Shown in pieces: positions 19,405 through 30,500 of a stretch of DNA of 64,000 nucleotides. The translations under genes and the position numbers were made by a program. The stretch is from Acidobacteriota bacterium (GTDB taxonomy: Bacteria; Acidobacteriota; Thermoanaerobaculia; UBA5066; Gp7-AA6), in the NCBI GenBank assembly GCA_020199905.1, contig JAIVJS010000071.1, positions 8,668 through 72,667 on the forward strand, given 5' to 3'. Each line of letters opens with the position of its first letter. The stretch's first letter is position 1. Under the pieces are notes generated by a model. It saw only the letters and a program-made list of their open reading frames with translations, made no database searches and was not told the DNA's origin.

Positions 19405-20561
19405 GAGAGGTCCCGCGGCTGACGCGGGCGCACCAGGCGCTCTCCGAGGTGGCCGCCCGCCGCCGCGAGCTCGTCCAGACGGAGCGACCCGAGAGCGATG
19501 ACGCGGGCGCGCACCGCCCGTTCTCCCCCGGCGGCGGACGGCGGCGGGAGAGCCGCGAGGCTCCGCGCGGCGTCGTGTACGAGTCGCGCGGCGACCGCGA
19601 GACCGTCGTCGGAGAGCGGAGGCGCTCCCCGATAGTTCTGGAGGCGGCCCCCCTCCCGATATTTCGGAAAGCTCTCGAGGCCGAAGAAACGCAGCGCCAG
19701 GTCCACCCTGTACTCGCCGAAAGCTCCGAGCAGCCCGACGTAGTCGGCGATGACCTCGTCCAGCAGGTTGTTGCGCATCGCCCCCGCCAGGCGGAAGGTC
19801 GCGTAGTGCGTCGCTTCGTGCGCCTGGCGGATTCTTCCGGAGAGCTCCAGCCATTCCCGTTCCTCGAAGCCGGCCTCCGAGGCCGGGACGCCGCTGTACG
19901 GACCCACGGAGAGGATGAGGAATCGGTCTTCGTAGATCTCCCGGCGGGCCGCGACGGCCGCGAATTCGCCGGACCAGTCACCGAACACGTTGGCCGCCTG
20001 CCACCTTCTCCGGTACTCGTTTAACCGGTCCCAGTTGTTCAGGCCGGTGACGATGCACGCTCCCATCGACGGCGGCACCGCGATGGGCTCGTTGCGCGCG
20101 GAGAACGCCCGGACGAGCGCCTCGAAGTCCGTTCGTTCGGGCGCGGTGAGGACGGGAACGGGGCCGGTGGGAGTCCGCGCGATCTCCAGGGTCACCCGAT
20201 CGGGCGCCGAGAGCGCGATCCCCGTGGCCTCGGGATCACCTTCGGGCCGGATCCCCCGGCGGGTCGCCTTCCTGTAGGCCTCCGTCGCGCTGATGCCCGG
20301 CCGGACGGGAAAGAGCAGCTGAGAGAAGCGGGCCGCCAGCGCGGGGATGGCGCCGGAGACGCGGGCCTCGTCCGCATACCGGGACCACGCCTCGAGATGC
20401 GGCTCCTCTCCGCCGGCGAACTCGAAGGCCCGCGCGGCCTGTTCCGGAGTGAAGAGCGGCGTGTCGTACGCAAACAGCTCCCGGATGACGTCCGGCGAAG
20501 CGCCGAGGGAAGCCAGGCGCCCGCCGCGAGCGGACGCCTCGGAATCGGCCGGCTCGCTCAA
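19401..20561 (-). CDS. uncharacterised HExxH protein (putative metalloenzyme)
   Basis: 386 aa; RQAHEATHY followed by NNLLDEVIADY; co-oriented with the RiPP export genes. Confidence 0.75.
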   Translation of the reverse strand: MSEPADSEASARGGRLASLGASPDVIRELFAYDTPLFTPEQAARAFEFAGGEEPHLEAWSRYADEARVSGAIPALAARFSQLLFPVRPGISATEAYRKATRRGIRPEGDPEATGIALSAPDRVTLEIARTPTGPVPVLTAPERTDFEALVRAFSARNEPIAVPPSMGACIVTGLNNWDRLNEYRRRWQAANVFGDWSGEFAAVAARREIYEDRFLILSVGPYSGVPASEAGFEEREWLELSGRIRQAHEATHYATFRLAGAMRNNLLDEVIADYVGLLGAFGEYRVDLALRFFGLESFPKYREGGRLQNYRGAPPLSDDGLAVAARLVHDAARSLAALPPPSAAGGERAVRARVIALGSLRLDELAAAGGHLGERLVRPRQPRDLS

Positions 20562-20673
20562 CCGGCTTCCAGCCCGCGGGTGCGAAAGGGATGCGGCCGT
20601 CGTGTCCGGTGTTTTGCCTTTTGTGGATGAAGCGGGTCACCGGCGCGCGCTTCTTCCGATTCGCGGTTTTGCG

Positions 20674-20689
20674 GGCAAAAGGCGGTCCA
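20674..20689 (-). promoter_or_regulatory. possible second sigma-54 promoter
   Basis: TGGACCGCCTTTTGCC = GG-N10-GC with TTTGC, in the intergenic gap upstream of the HExxH gene; -24 box imperfect. Confidence 0.35.
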
Positions 20690-20729
20690 CCAGAGCTTGC
20701 GCCGGCTCACGCCCTTTCTCAGCAACCTG

Positions 20730-23700
20730 CTAGACCTGCTGGCGCCGCGCGAGCTCGGCGAAGAGCCCGTTCTTCTTCATCAGCTCGTCGTACGACCCGA
20801 CCTCCGCCACGACGCCGTTCTGCAGGTAGCAGATGCGGTCCGCGTTGGCGATCGTCGACAGTCGGTGCGCGATGCAGATCCGCGTCGAGTTCATCTTGTC
20901 CATGCTCTGCGTGACCGTCGCCTGGGTCTTGTTGTCGAGCGCGCTGGTGGCTTCATCCAGAAACAGGATCTTCGGCTTGTTGACGATGGCGCGCGCGATC
21001 ATCAGCCGCTGCTTCTGCCCGCCGGAGAATCCCCCGCCGCCCTCGCTGACGTAAGTGTGCATCTGCATCGGCATCTCCCGGATGTCCTCGGCGAACCCGG
21101 CCGCCTCCGCCGCTTCCCACGCTTCGTCGATCGTGCGGGAAGAAGTGCCGACGATGTTCCGGTAGATGTCGGAGGGAAGGACGCGATTGTCCTGGAGCAC
21201 GACGCCGAGCTGCTGCCGGACGAGGCGCGTGTCGAGCGCCGCGAGATCCTGCCCGTCGTAGTAGATGCCGCCCTTCTCGGCCGTCTCGAAACCCAGCATC
21301 AATCGCATCAGGGTGGACTTCCCGGAGCCCGAGCCGCCGACGAACGCCACGAACTCGCCCGGCTCGATCTTCAGCGACACGTCCTGGAGGATCCAGGGGC
21401 CGTCTTCGACGTATCGGAACCACACGTGGGAGATCTCTATCTCGCCTTTCAGGGTTCCGGGCGCGGTCTTCGTATCGTCGATCTCGGGGGGCGTCGTCAG
21501 GATCGGCTTCAGGCGCTCCCAGATGGGAACGGCCTTCAGCATGCCGAGCGAAGCGTCCGAGAGCGACTGCATCGCCACGAGGAAGAGAGCGAAAGCGGTC
21601 GAGAATCCGATGAACTGGCCGGTCGAAATGCTCGAAGGAATTCCCTTGGCCGCTGCGCCCGTCTGCACGCTGACCAGCGTGAAGAAGATCGCCATCGAGG
21701 AAAGAATCGGGTACGCGGAGTTGAAGACGGAAACGGTATTCTGGATCTGACCCGCCTTGAATGCCAGGCGCCGCTGATCCGAAAACTCCTTCGCCCAGAC
21801 CCGGAAGCCGTGGTCTTCCGCGCCGGAGACCCGGAGCTTGCCGACGCCCGAGATCAGCTGGAGAACGAGGCCGGTGATCCTTCCCTTCATGGTGAGCTGG
21901 TCGCGCTGGTAACGGAGCTGGAGATAGTTCGCGACGGTCGTGAACGTGACGAACACGATCGTCAACCCGATCCCCAGAAGCGCGAGCGGGAGGCTGTACG
22001 TGAGCATCAGCACCACGTAGAAGATCGACGACATGGCTCCCAGGATCGCGCTGACTCCGGCGCCCGCCAGCAGGTGGCGGATAGCGTCGATTCCCTGCGC
22101 GCGGTCGGCGAGATCTCCGGACGAGTACTTGCGGAAGAACGTGGAAGGCAGGTCGAGAAGCCGATCCCACATCGCCGCCTGCACGGAATAATCCATCTTG
22201 CCCTGAACCCGGAGCACGGCGATGCTCTGCGTCAGTTTGAAGGCGATGGACGCGAGCGCGCCGATCACGAGAGCGATGCAGAACTGCACGAGCATTCCGC
22301 GCTCAGCCTGCGGGATCGCCGTGTCGAAGAGCCTTCCCGTGAAGTACGGCGTCATGGCGGCCAGGATTCCCATTCCGGCCCCCATGAGCGCCAGCGTGAT
22401 GAACTCCCGCCCGAGGCCGCGCACGCCGAACTTCAGGACGTGTTTGACGGTCAGGAGGCCATCGGGGAACCGGCGGTAGAACACCCACCCGAACGGCTGG
22501 AGCTTCGTCGCGAGCTCCGCGGTGATCGGCTCCCGCCGCCCCGTCTTGCCGTCGACCCACTCATACGACGTCGGCCCGGTCGGGAGGAGCGCCACCGGGT
22601 CCTTCGTCTCCTCGCTCCGGGCGAGAATCGGCCCCTGATCCTGCTCCCACCAGTTGTCTCGAAGCGCGACCTGGCGCGTCCGGAAGCGCGAGAGCGTGGC
22701 GACGGCGTGGAGATGGTCTTCGAAACTGCGCTCGGCGGCCGTCTCCGCCGGCTTGCGGGCCTCCATGCCGAGCTCTTCGCAGACCGCGCGGCACGCCTGA
22801 AACACCGGCTCCGCCTCGCCGAACGTCGCCCGCGTCTTGCTCTTTCCCGAGCTGGCGAGGACCGCGCCGATGTCCTTGTAGGCCGCTTCCCGCGCGGCGT
22901 TCAGGTTTTCGGACTTGTTCTTCTGCCGGTTGAACTCGTCGACCGATGCGAGCCTCTTGTTCAGGAACTCGCATTCGCAGAGAGCCTGGTGGAACGCGTC
23001 GAGCCCGCGCCAGAGCTCGGGACGCGCCAGGACGGCGGCGCTCGAACGCGGATTCAACGAGAGGCCCTCGACGGAGGATTCGATCCAGGTGTCCCGCGTC
23101 ACCGGAAAGAGGATGGCGCCGGCGCCCGGCAGGACTTCCGCCATGCTCACGAAGAGAAGCGCGCCGCCGCGGACCTCCACCCAGAGGACGCCCTTCTGAG
23201 CCCGGGCGCGTCCCTGGAAAGGAAGCATCGCCGGCTCTCCGTCCATGAGATCCACCGAGGCCGGTCCGGAAGGCAGGTCGCGGACGAGAGACTTCGAGAG
23301 GCCGGTCACCCACGTCTCGACGAGCGTCGAAATTCGCTCCGCGTGCTTCCCGGACGTCGCGAGTTCCGCGAGCCTCCCGCGCGAGATCATCCGCAGCTTG
23401 GTTCCCGTCTTCCCGGCGGCGAGAAACCCCGAGCCGAGGCCGTAGCCCGCGACGTCCATCCCGAAGAGAGCCTGGCCGGTCTCGACGCTGACGAAGTGCG
23501 TGCGCGCGCCCGCCTCGCCGTCCTTCAGGGGAACCGTGAAGATCTCGAGCCGGCCCTCCTCGACGATCCACATCGCGTTCGGATCGTCCAGGAGAAACGG
23601 CTGGTTGCCGGCGACCGGGATCGGCTCTCCTTCGTCTTCGAGGCGCACGGAGAGCGCCAGCCGTATGCTCTCGAGCATCTCGCGGCGCGGAATCTGCGCG

Positions 23701-24086
23701 GTCTGTACGAGGTCGAGGTCGTCTCCTTCGGGCTCGTCGTCGCGGAAGAACTCGAGCACGGTCCCGCCGACTCGGAAGCGGTCCAGGTGGTCGAGAGGAG
23801 CCTGCTGGACCCGTTGGTCGCCGATCCACGTCCCGTTGGCGCTGCCGAGGTCCGTCAGCAGGTAGCCCGTCGCCGTCTTTTCGACGCGGGCGTGCCGGCG
23901 CGAGACGCTCGGGTCGGGCACGACGGCGTCGCCCTCGACCCTCCCGATGACGCAGCTGTCCGCGGCCGTGAACTCGCGCCCCAGGGTCGCCGCGCCGCCC
24001 TCGACCGCGCGGAGGCGGAATCCGCCTGCCGCCACCGGCCGGAGCCGGATGATCTGAGTGGCTTCGAGATCGGGCTCGGTGCTCAT
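20730..24086 (-). CDS. NHLM bacteriocin-system ABC transporter (ATP-binding/permease) with N-terminal FHA domain
   Basis: FHA (VIGR..VSRRHA..SANGT), FLLDDP cNMP-like region, degenerate C39-like segment (RTRQVALRDNWWEQDQGP), TM domain, [26 protein letters not shown]. Confidence 0.92.
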   Translation of the reverse strand: MSTEPDLEATQIIRLRPVAAGGFRLRAVEGGAATLGREFTAADSCVIGRVEGDAVVPDPSVSRRHARVEKTATGYLLTDLGSANGTWIGDQRVQQAPLDHLDRFRVGGTVLEFFRDDEPEGDDLDLVQTAQIPRREMLESIRLALSVRLEDEGEPIPVAGNQPFLLDDPNAMWIVEEGRLEIFTVPLKDGEAGARTHFVSVETGQALFGMDVAGYGLGSGFLAAGKTGTKLRMISRGRLAELATSGKHAERISTLVETWVTGLSKSLVRDLPSGPASVDLMDGEPAMLPFQGRARAQKGVLWVEVRGGALLFVSMAEVLPGAGAILFPVTRDTWIESSVEGLSLNPRSSAAVLARPELWRGLDAFHQALCECEFLNKRLASVDEFNRQKNKSENLNAAREAAYKDIGAVLASSGKSKTRATFGEAEPVFQACRAVCEELGMEARKPAETAAERSFEDHLHAVATLSRFRTRQVALRDNWWEQDQGPILARSEETKDPVALLPTGPTSYEWVDGKTGRREPITAELATKLQPFGWVFYRRFPDGLLTVKHVLKFGVRGLGREFITLALMGAGMGILAAMTPYFTGRLFDTAIPQAERGMLVQFCIALVIGALASIAFKLTQSIAVLRVQGKMDYSVQAAMWDRLLDLPSTFFRKYSSGDLADRAQGIDAIRHLLAGAGVSAILGAMSSIFYVVLMLTYSLPLALLGIGLTIVFVTFTTVANYLQLRYQRDQLTMKGRITGLVLQLISGVGKLRVSGAEDHGFRVWAKEFSDQRRLAFKAGQIQNTVSVFNSAYPILSSMAIFFTLVSVQTGAAAKGIPSSISTGQFIGFSTAFALFLVAMQSLSDASLGMLKAVPIWERLKPILTTPPEIDDTKTAPGTLKGEIEISHVWFRYVEDGPWILQDVSLKIEPGEFVAFVGGSGSGKSTLMRLMLGFETAEKGGIYYDGQDLAALDTRLVRQQLGVVLQDNRVLPSDIYRNIVGTSSRTIDEAWEAAEAAGFAEDIREMPMQMHTYVSEGGGGFSGGQKQRLMIARAIVNKPKILFLDEATSALDNKTQATVTQSMDKMNSTRICIAHRLSTIANADRICYLQNGVVAEVGSYDELMKKNGLFAELARRQQV

Positions 24087-24087
24087 C

Positions 24088-26170
24088 TCAGTGGGCCGCG
24101 ATCAGGTATTTGTAGAAACCCTCGACGTCTTTCATGCCGTCGTGAGTCCCGCGCTGGACGATCTTCCCGCGATCCATGATGACGATCTCGTCCGCGTCCC
24201 GGATCGTGGAGAGCCGGTGGGCGATGATGATGCAGGTGCAGCCGCGCCGCCGGAGGGCGTCGTCGATCGTCGCCTCGGTGCTCGGGTCGAGCGCGCTCGT
24301 CGCCTCGTCCAGCAGGAGAATGGTCGGGCCGAGGGACAAAGCGCGCGCGATTTCCAGGCGCTGGCGCTGCCCTCCCGAGAAGTTACCCCCGCCCTCCTCG
24401 ACCGCCGCCCCGTATCCACCCTCGCGCGCCTCGATCACCTCGTGAATCTCGGCGTCGCGGCACGCGCGGGAGATCGTCGTCGTGGGAATCGTCGAGTCCC
24501 ACATCGAGACGTTCTCGCGGACCGTGCCCGAGAAGGGTCGACTTGCCGCTGCCGCTCATTCCGACGAGGGCGACGCGCTGGCCGGGCTTGATGACGAGGT
24601 TGAAGTTCTCGATGAGCGGCTTTTCGAGCGGGCTGTACCCGAAGGTCACGTTGCGGAGCTCGACGTGGCCGGTGAGCTTCAGGACCGCCCGGTCATCCTT
24701 CTCCTGCTCCTTCTCGCGGGAGTAGAGCGCGTCCTGCGGGTATCGGAGCACGTCGTCCAGCCGATTCATGTCCGCTTCGAGCTCCTGGAGGCTTCCGCCG
24801 AAGGAGACGAAGGAGTTGAGCGGCCGGGTGAAGCTGGCGACGAGAGTCTGATAAGCAACGAGCATCCCGACGGTGAGCTGGCCGTTCATCACCTTCAGCC
24901 CGCCGATCAGGAGCACGAGAGTCGTCGTCAGGGTGTTGACGAGCGGCGGGACGACGCCGACGGCTTCGCCGAGGATGCCGAGTGTCTGATCGGCCTTCAG
25001 CGCCTTCGCCTGGTATCCCGACCAGCGCCCGAAGAACTCCGTCTCACCGCCGGTCGCCTTCAGGGTCTCGATCATCTTCAGGCCGTTCATCGCGGTGCCC
25101 ATGAGCTTCCCGTGGTCTTGGGTGAGCCGGCGGCTCGCGTCGACCCGCTTTCTGGAAACGATTTTCACGGCAACGATGTTCAGGGCCGAGACTCCCATGA
25201 CGACGAGAGTCAGCGTCACGTCATACACGAACATGAGTGCCGCGTAGAACAGGATGAGAACGCAGTCGAGCGCGGTCGTCGCGAGCTTCCCCGAGACGAG
25301 ATGCGCCACCTTGTCGTTGATGAGGACCCGCCCTCCGATCTCGCCCGCGTACCTCTGGGAGAAGTAAGAGACGGGAAGCCGCAGGACGTGGTGAAAGAAC
25401 TGGCTCGACGTCTTCAGCGCGAGTTTCGTCTCCAGGCGCAGCAGGTAGTAGTCCTGGAGCCAGGTCAGGATCATGCGGATGACCGCGGTCGCGGCCATGC
25501 CCATCAGCAGCGACTTCAGGATCCCGGCGCGGTTGGACACCAGGTACTCATCGATGAAGATCCGGGCGAACGTCGGCACGATCAGGCCCGGGATCACGAG
25601 CGCGACGCCGCACAGGAAAACGAAGAGAAGCGCCGCCTCGGAGCCCTGAAGGCGCCGCCGAAGCGCCGCTCCCATGCTCGGCTTCTCTCCGCCCTTCGTG
25701 AACTCGGGTCCCGGCTCGAACGTCAGGACGACGCCGGAAAAGGACGCGTCCACGTCCTCCATGGTGACGACGCGCGGCCCCTGCGCCGGATCCTTCAGGA
25801 AGACCTTGCCCTTGCTTCCGAACCCTTCGAGGACGAGGAAGTGGTTGAAGTTCCAGAACAGGATGACGGGGAACTTCTGGACGTAGAGATCGTCCAGCTC
25901 GTACTTGTAGCCCTTCGCGACGAGCCCGTACTTGCGGGCCGCCTTCATGATGTTGCTCGCCTTGCTCCCGTCGCGCGAGACGCCGCACGCGACCCGCAGC
26001 TCCTCGAGCGGCACGATCTTCCCGTAGTACGCCAGGATCATCGCGAGAGCCGCCGCGCCGCATTCGACCGCCTCCATCTGGAGGATGGTCGGCGTCTTGA
26101 CCCGACGATGCTGAGGCTTCTTCGGGGTGGCGGGCGCTTCGTCGGTCTCGGGCTGCTTCTGAGCTTCCAC
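24088..26170 (-). CDS. NHLM bacteriocin-system ABC transporter, C39 peptidase/ATP-binding; frameshifted deletion at ~24535
   Basis: [24 protein letters not shown]39 triad; Walker A GSGKST abuts FSGTVRENV in another frame; [10 protein letters not shown] and LDEATSALD follow. Confidence 0.9.
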
Positions 26171-26177
26171 GTGCCGC

Positions 26178-27329
26178 CTAGCCCCCGCCGAGGGACCTCT
26201 TGACCACGGGCAGGACGTAGGAAATGGGCGTACGGCTCTCGACAACGACCGACGCCGTCGCCAGGGTGCCGCTGTTGACCTGGGTCGGCGGGCCCTTGGA
26301 CGACGACCACCGGTAACCTGAAGGGGTCGACGCGTCGGGGATGAGCGTCGCGACGGCCTCGATCGGGGCGCTCTTCCCCATGAGCGTCTCGACGAGCTTG
26401 TCGTTGCGAAGCACTTTTCTCAGCCCTTCCGGCGTCACCGGAAACTCCGAAACCGACTTCACCTTCCCGACGAGGAATCCGTACTCTTCCGCCTTCACCG
26501 TCGTGGGAGAAATGCGGACCTGCATTCCGGGGCGGACCTTCTTGCCCTCCCCCGCCGGAATGTAGATCACCGTTTCCAGGGGAGCATTCAGAGGCTCGAG
26601 CGTCAGCAGCCGGGTCCCCGGGCTGATCATGTTCCCGCCGGAGCTCGTGACCTCGAGGACTCTCCCGTCATAGGGGCTCCGGATGTCGGTAGACGACGCC
26701 AGCTGCTCTTCGAGTTCTTTGAGCTGGCGCTTCAGATCCTCGACGCGGATCACCTGCCCGGACTGGGAATCCTTGTTCTGCGAGATGAGCGCCTCCGTCG
26801 AGGCCAGCTGCTCCTGAGTCCGCAGCAGCGTCCCGTTGGTCAGGAGGCCCCGGGCGACGAGCCGCTGCTGGACGCCCACTTTTTCCCGCAGCGCCCGCGC
26901 CTGCGCCTGGTACTGGCCGACGATCGAGCTTCCCCGCTGCCCCGACGCGGTCCTCTGCGCTTCGAGCTGGACGAGCCCGGCTTTCGTGTTGGCGATCTTG
27001 AGGGTGAGCTCCGGCTGGGCGATCTTCGCGACCACCTGACCCTTCTTGATCCGGTCGCCGGCCGCCACGAGCACCTGTTCGATGCGCCCCTGCGCCCCGG
27101 AGCTCACGTCATAAACGGCGGCCCCTCGGATCAGCATCCCCTGCCCGTCGACGCGAATGCCGATCGAGCCCACGACGCTCCAGACGACGACGAAAGCGAG
27201 GATGATCCCGGTGCCGACCAGCGCAATCCACCCCGTCGGAGACGTCACGCGCATCATCACGTCGAGCTGCTCGGGAGAGGACAGCTTTTCGAGAGCGCTT
27301 TTCCGAAAAAGCCCTTCGCCTATACCCAT
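26178..27329 (-). CDS. NHLP bacteriocin-system secretion protein (HlyD-like)
   Basis: LFRKSALEKLSSPEQLD N-terminal signature, IRSPYDG, YRWSSSKGP, PISYVLP. Confidence 0.93.
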   Translation of the reverse strand: MGIGEGLFRKSALEKLSSPEQLDVMMRVTSPTGWIALVGTGIILAFVVVWSVVGSIGIRVDGQGMLIRGAAVYDVSSGAQGRIEQVLVAAGDRIKKGQVVAKIAQPELTLKIANTKAGLVQLEAQRTASGQRGSSIVGQYQAQARALREKVGVQQRLVARGLLTNGTLLRTQEQLASTEALISQNKDSQSGQVIRVEDLKRQLKELEEQLASSTDIRSPYDGRVLEVTSSGGNMISPGTRLLTLEPLNAPLETVIYIPAGEGKKVRPGMQVRISPTTVKAEEYGFLVGKVKSVSEFPVTPEGLRKVLRNDKLVETLMGKSAPIEAVATLIPDASTPSGYRWSSSKGPPTQVNSGTLATASVVVESRTPISYVLPVVKRSLGGG

Positions 27330-27574
27330 GACTGCTCCCGCTGTGTGCCGACGATGGTAGCCCTTTCCGAGCCGCTCGCGATCGAAATCCTGGGAACCTG
27401 ACCTCGCGATCTCCTGCCGCGCGCGGCGATCCTCCCGCCGCCAGCGGAATGCCCGGTCGGATTCTGAGCGGGAGACTTCGCCAGTCCCGCCGGTCCCCCG
27501 CAAATGGAAGCCAGGCGCTCGCGTTCTCGCTTCGGTCTCACCGCGCTCGCGACGGACATTTCTCGGACAGGCTC

Positions 27575-30500
27575 CTAGCGGGAGCCCGTCAGCTCGTAGA
27601 TCCGCGGGTCCACCTCTCCGAACGTGATGTCGCGATCCGTCCGGCTGTAGGGCAGCAGCGAACCGGTCTCGAAACGCAGACGGGTCACGTCCGAGGCGAA
27701 AGTCTGGCGCGCCGACACCGAGTCGAGGAGCGCGGAAGTGAGATCCCGCTCCGTCAGAATCGCGTCGAGCAGGCTGATTTCCCCGGAGCGATACTGCTCG
27801 AAAGAGTTTCGGATCGTCTCCTCGTAGTACCCCGCGGCGGCCCGCCGCCGTTCCGCCTCCCGGGCGGATTCGCGGGCCGAATTGGCCGCCTGCACGGTGT
27901 TCGCCTGGACGGTCCGCTCGAGATCCCTCGCGGCGATTCCACTCGAGGCGAGAGAGGACTCCGCCTGGAGCAGGAGGCCCCGCTGCACGTTGTTCTTGAA
28001 CGGCAGGGCGAGCCGCAGGTTCACCTGGAAACTCGGGCCCGTGTATTTGCCTCCGAAGGCATTCTTGTATCCCCGGAGGTAGAAGACGCTTCGCGCCGTA
28101 TCGCTCACGTTCCCGGCGGCGTCCCTCGTGAACGCCTCGAACCGGCTCCGGTAGTCCGCCTGCAGCGTGACGCCGAGGCTCGGCCTCAGGTTCACCCGGG
28201 CCGACTGCACGAGCGCGTCCGCGGCGCGCTCCCGCTCGCGCAGCGACTTCACATCCCCGCGCGCGCGCACCGCTCCTTCGACCAGGTCCCTCAGAGACTG
28301 CTCGTCCAGCCGCGCCGCCGACGGCGCTTCCGGCAGCGAGTCCGCGGCGAGCGGCGCATTCCCCATCGCCGTGACGTCGAGCCCGATCGCGCGCGCGAGA
28401 TCGACCCGCGCGTTGGCGAGGGCGCCGCGCGCGCCGGCCACGGCCGCCTCCGCTTCGGCTCGCCGGGCTCGCACGCGATCGAGCTCCGCCCGGGGGATCT
28501 CGTCCCCCTGCACGAGAGCCTCGGAGAGCTGATGGATCCGCCCCTGCGCGCCGGCCGACCGGTCGAGGAGGGTGAACCGCTCCTCTGCGGCGGCGAGCCT
28601 CCAGTACGCCTGCAGGGTGTCGCGCACGCTCTGCGAGGCGATCTGGGCCAGGAAGTCGAGCGACGCCTCATAGTTCAGTTTCGCGGCTCTCAGGGCGGCC
28701 TCCGTCGCGACGTAGCCGAACCCGCGAAGCAGCGGCGCGTCTACGGAGAAACCGAGCACCGCGGTGTAGGAGGTCGGGATGCCGCGGCCGCCGAACGAAG
28801 CGGTGTCGCTCTTGCCTTCGAAGTTGTTCCGGAGGCCCTGGGCGAGAATGATGGGCGACACGATCAGACCGTTGTGAAGCGGGATGTCGTATCGCAGATC
28901 CAGGGTCAGCGTGTCGCGGATGTCGTTGCGAGGCAGAGGCCCGAGCCGCGCGAGAGACTCGTAGGCGCGGCCGGACACCTCTCGAGCGCCGGCGTCGAAC
29001 CGGGTGAGCAGGTCCGCGTAGAAATCGTTGTAGCGCTTCTGGGCGGCCTGAATGTCGGCGCGCTCGGCCGCGTTCGGGTCGTTGGCGGCCAGCGCGGCCA
29101 GCACATCCTCGAAATTGCGGCGCGCCAGCGCTCCCTGCACCACCGACGGCTGGATGTTGGTGCCGCTGACGTCCAGGCAGATCGTCACGCCGTTGACGGT
29201 GAACGTCGAGCCGGAGCACGGCCCGAAATATTTGTAGGAGTTCGCTTTCCCCTGGGCGAGCGAGGTTTCGATGTCGGTCGCGACCTGAGCGAGCACGTCG
29301 CCGAGGGTCTTCAGCGCGTAGCGGCGTTGTACCTCGGGAGTCAGAGGACCTCGCAGCAGGAAACCGATCGCCCGGTCGTAAGAGGGCATGAACACGACCG
29401 CGCTGTCGAAGAACCCGAGCGCCTCCTGGTAGAGGCCGAGGCGGAGGGCGACGTCCTGTCTCGCGAGCTGGATCTGCGGCTGCAGGTCGAGCGTCCGGCG
29501 AACCGCGTCCGCCAGCCGGATCCTCTCGCCGGCCGGTTCCGGCGGAGCGTAGGGGCCGACCGGGGCCGAGGGCGGGGCGAACTGGCCGAAGGCCGCGCCC
29601 GATGCGGGCGGCTCCGCGCGCCGGGCAACGGGCGCCCCGGGCTTTCCGGAGACCCTTCGGCGTCCAGGCCGCGCCTCGGCGGGAACGGAGGCTGTCCTGC
29701 CCCCCGAGGCAACGCCGGGCGCTGTCGGTTTCGGCGGAGGCCCGGCGGCCGGGCTGATCGAGCCGGCGGTCACCGCCGGACGGGGCGTCGTCGCGGGCAC
29801 GAGCGTCGGAGTCACCCGCCGCGTCACGGAGGGGGCCGCTGTCTCGCGGCGCGTCGCGGGCGGCGTCGTGATCCGAGCCGGGGTGGGTCCCGCCGCCTCG
29901 CGGACGAGGGTCCCGCTCTCGAACCGGAGCTGCGCGAGGAGAGTCGCGTACTGCTGGCGCGCCAGCGCGTAAGTGATGAGAGCGCCGGTCTGGAGCTGTT
30001 GCGTCAGGATCGTGTCGATGAGCGAGGACTGGCCGCTCCGGAACATCTCGTTCTCCGACTCGATCGTGCGGCCGTAGTAGTCGACAGCCTCCCGCGCCCT
30101 CTGCACCTGATCGGCCGTCTCCTGGAGAGACCGCAGGAACTGCACGACGTTCGCCTTGATGTTGCGGTCGAGGTCCGTCGCCGTGATCGACCGCTGCTTC
30201 AGGGTCGCGTCCCGCTGCTCGAGACGGCCCCTCGCGGCGTGGTTCCCGAACGGCTTTTCGAAGTCGAGGGCGACGGAGAAGCTCGGCGCGCTCCAGCCGC
30301 GGCCCGTGTTTCCGATCCGCCGCTCCGCGACGGTTCCGGCGGTGATCGGGCTGTGAAGGTCGAGCCGGGGCCGCAGGTCCGTCTCGGCGGCGCGCAGCAG
30401 GACGCCTCCTGACTCGATCAGCTTGCGCGCCGCGAGGCGGTCGTACCGGCGGTCGACGGCGCTCGTGATCAGCTCGTCGGGGCTCGCGCGGCGAAGGACC

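Noticed and set aside
20575..20640. c-di-GMP-I riboswitch-like AAAGGCAAA on the minus strand
   Set aside because: No GNRA-capped P2 stem or GACGCAAA segment follows
20697..24179. Very long + strand ORF (and similar ones at 2120-4591, 27449-30412, 37652-40126)
   Set aside because: Antisense or alternate-frame shadows of real genes in GC-rich DNA, with no motifs
27500..27514. sigma-54-like motif TGGCTTCCATTTGC upstream of hlyD
   Set aside because: GG-to-GC spacing is 9 nt, not the required 10
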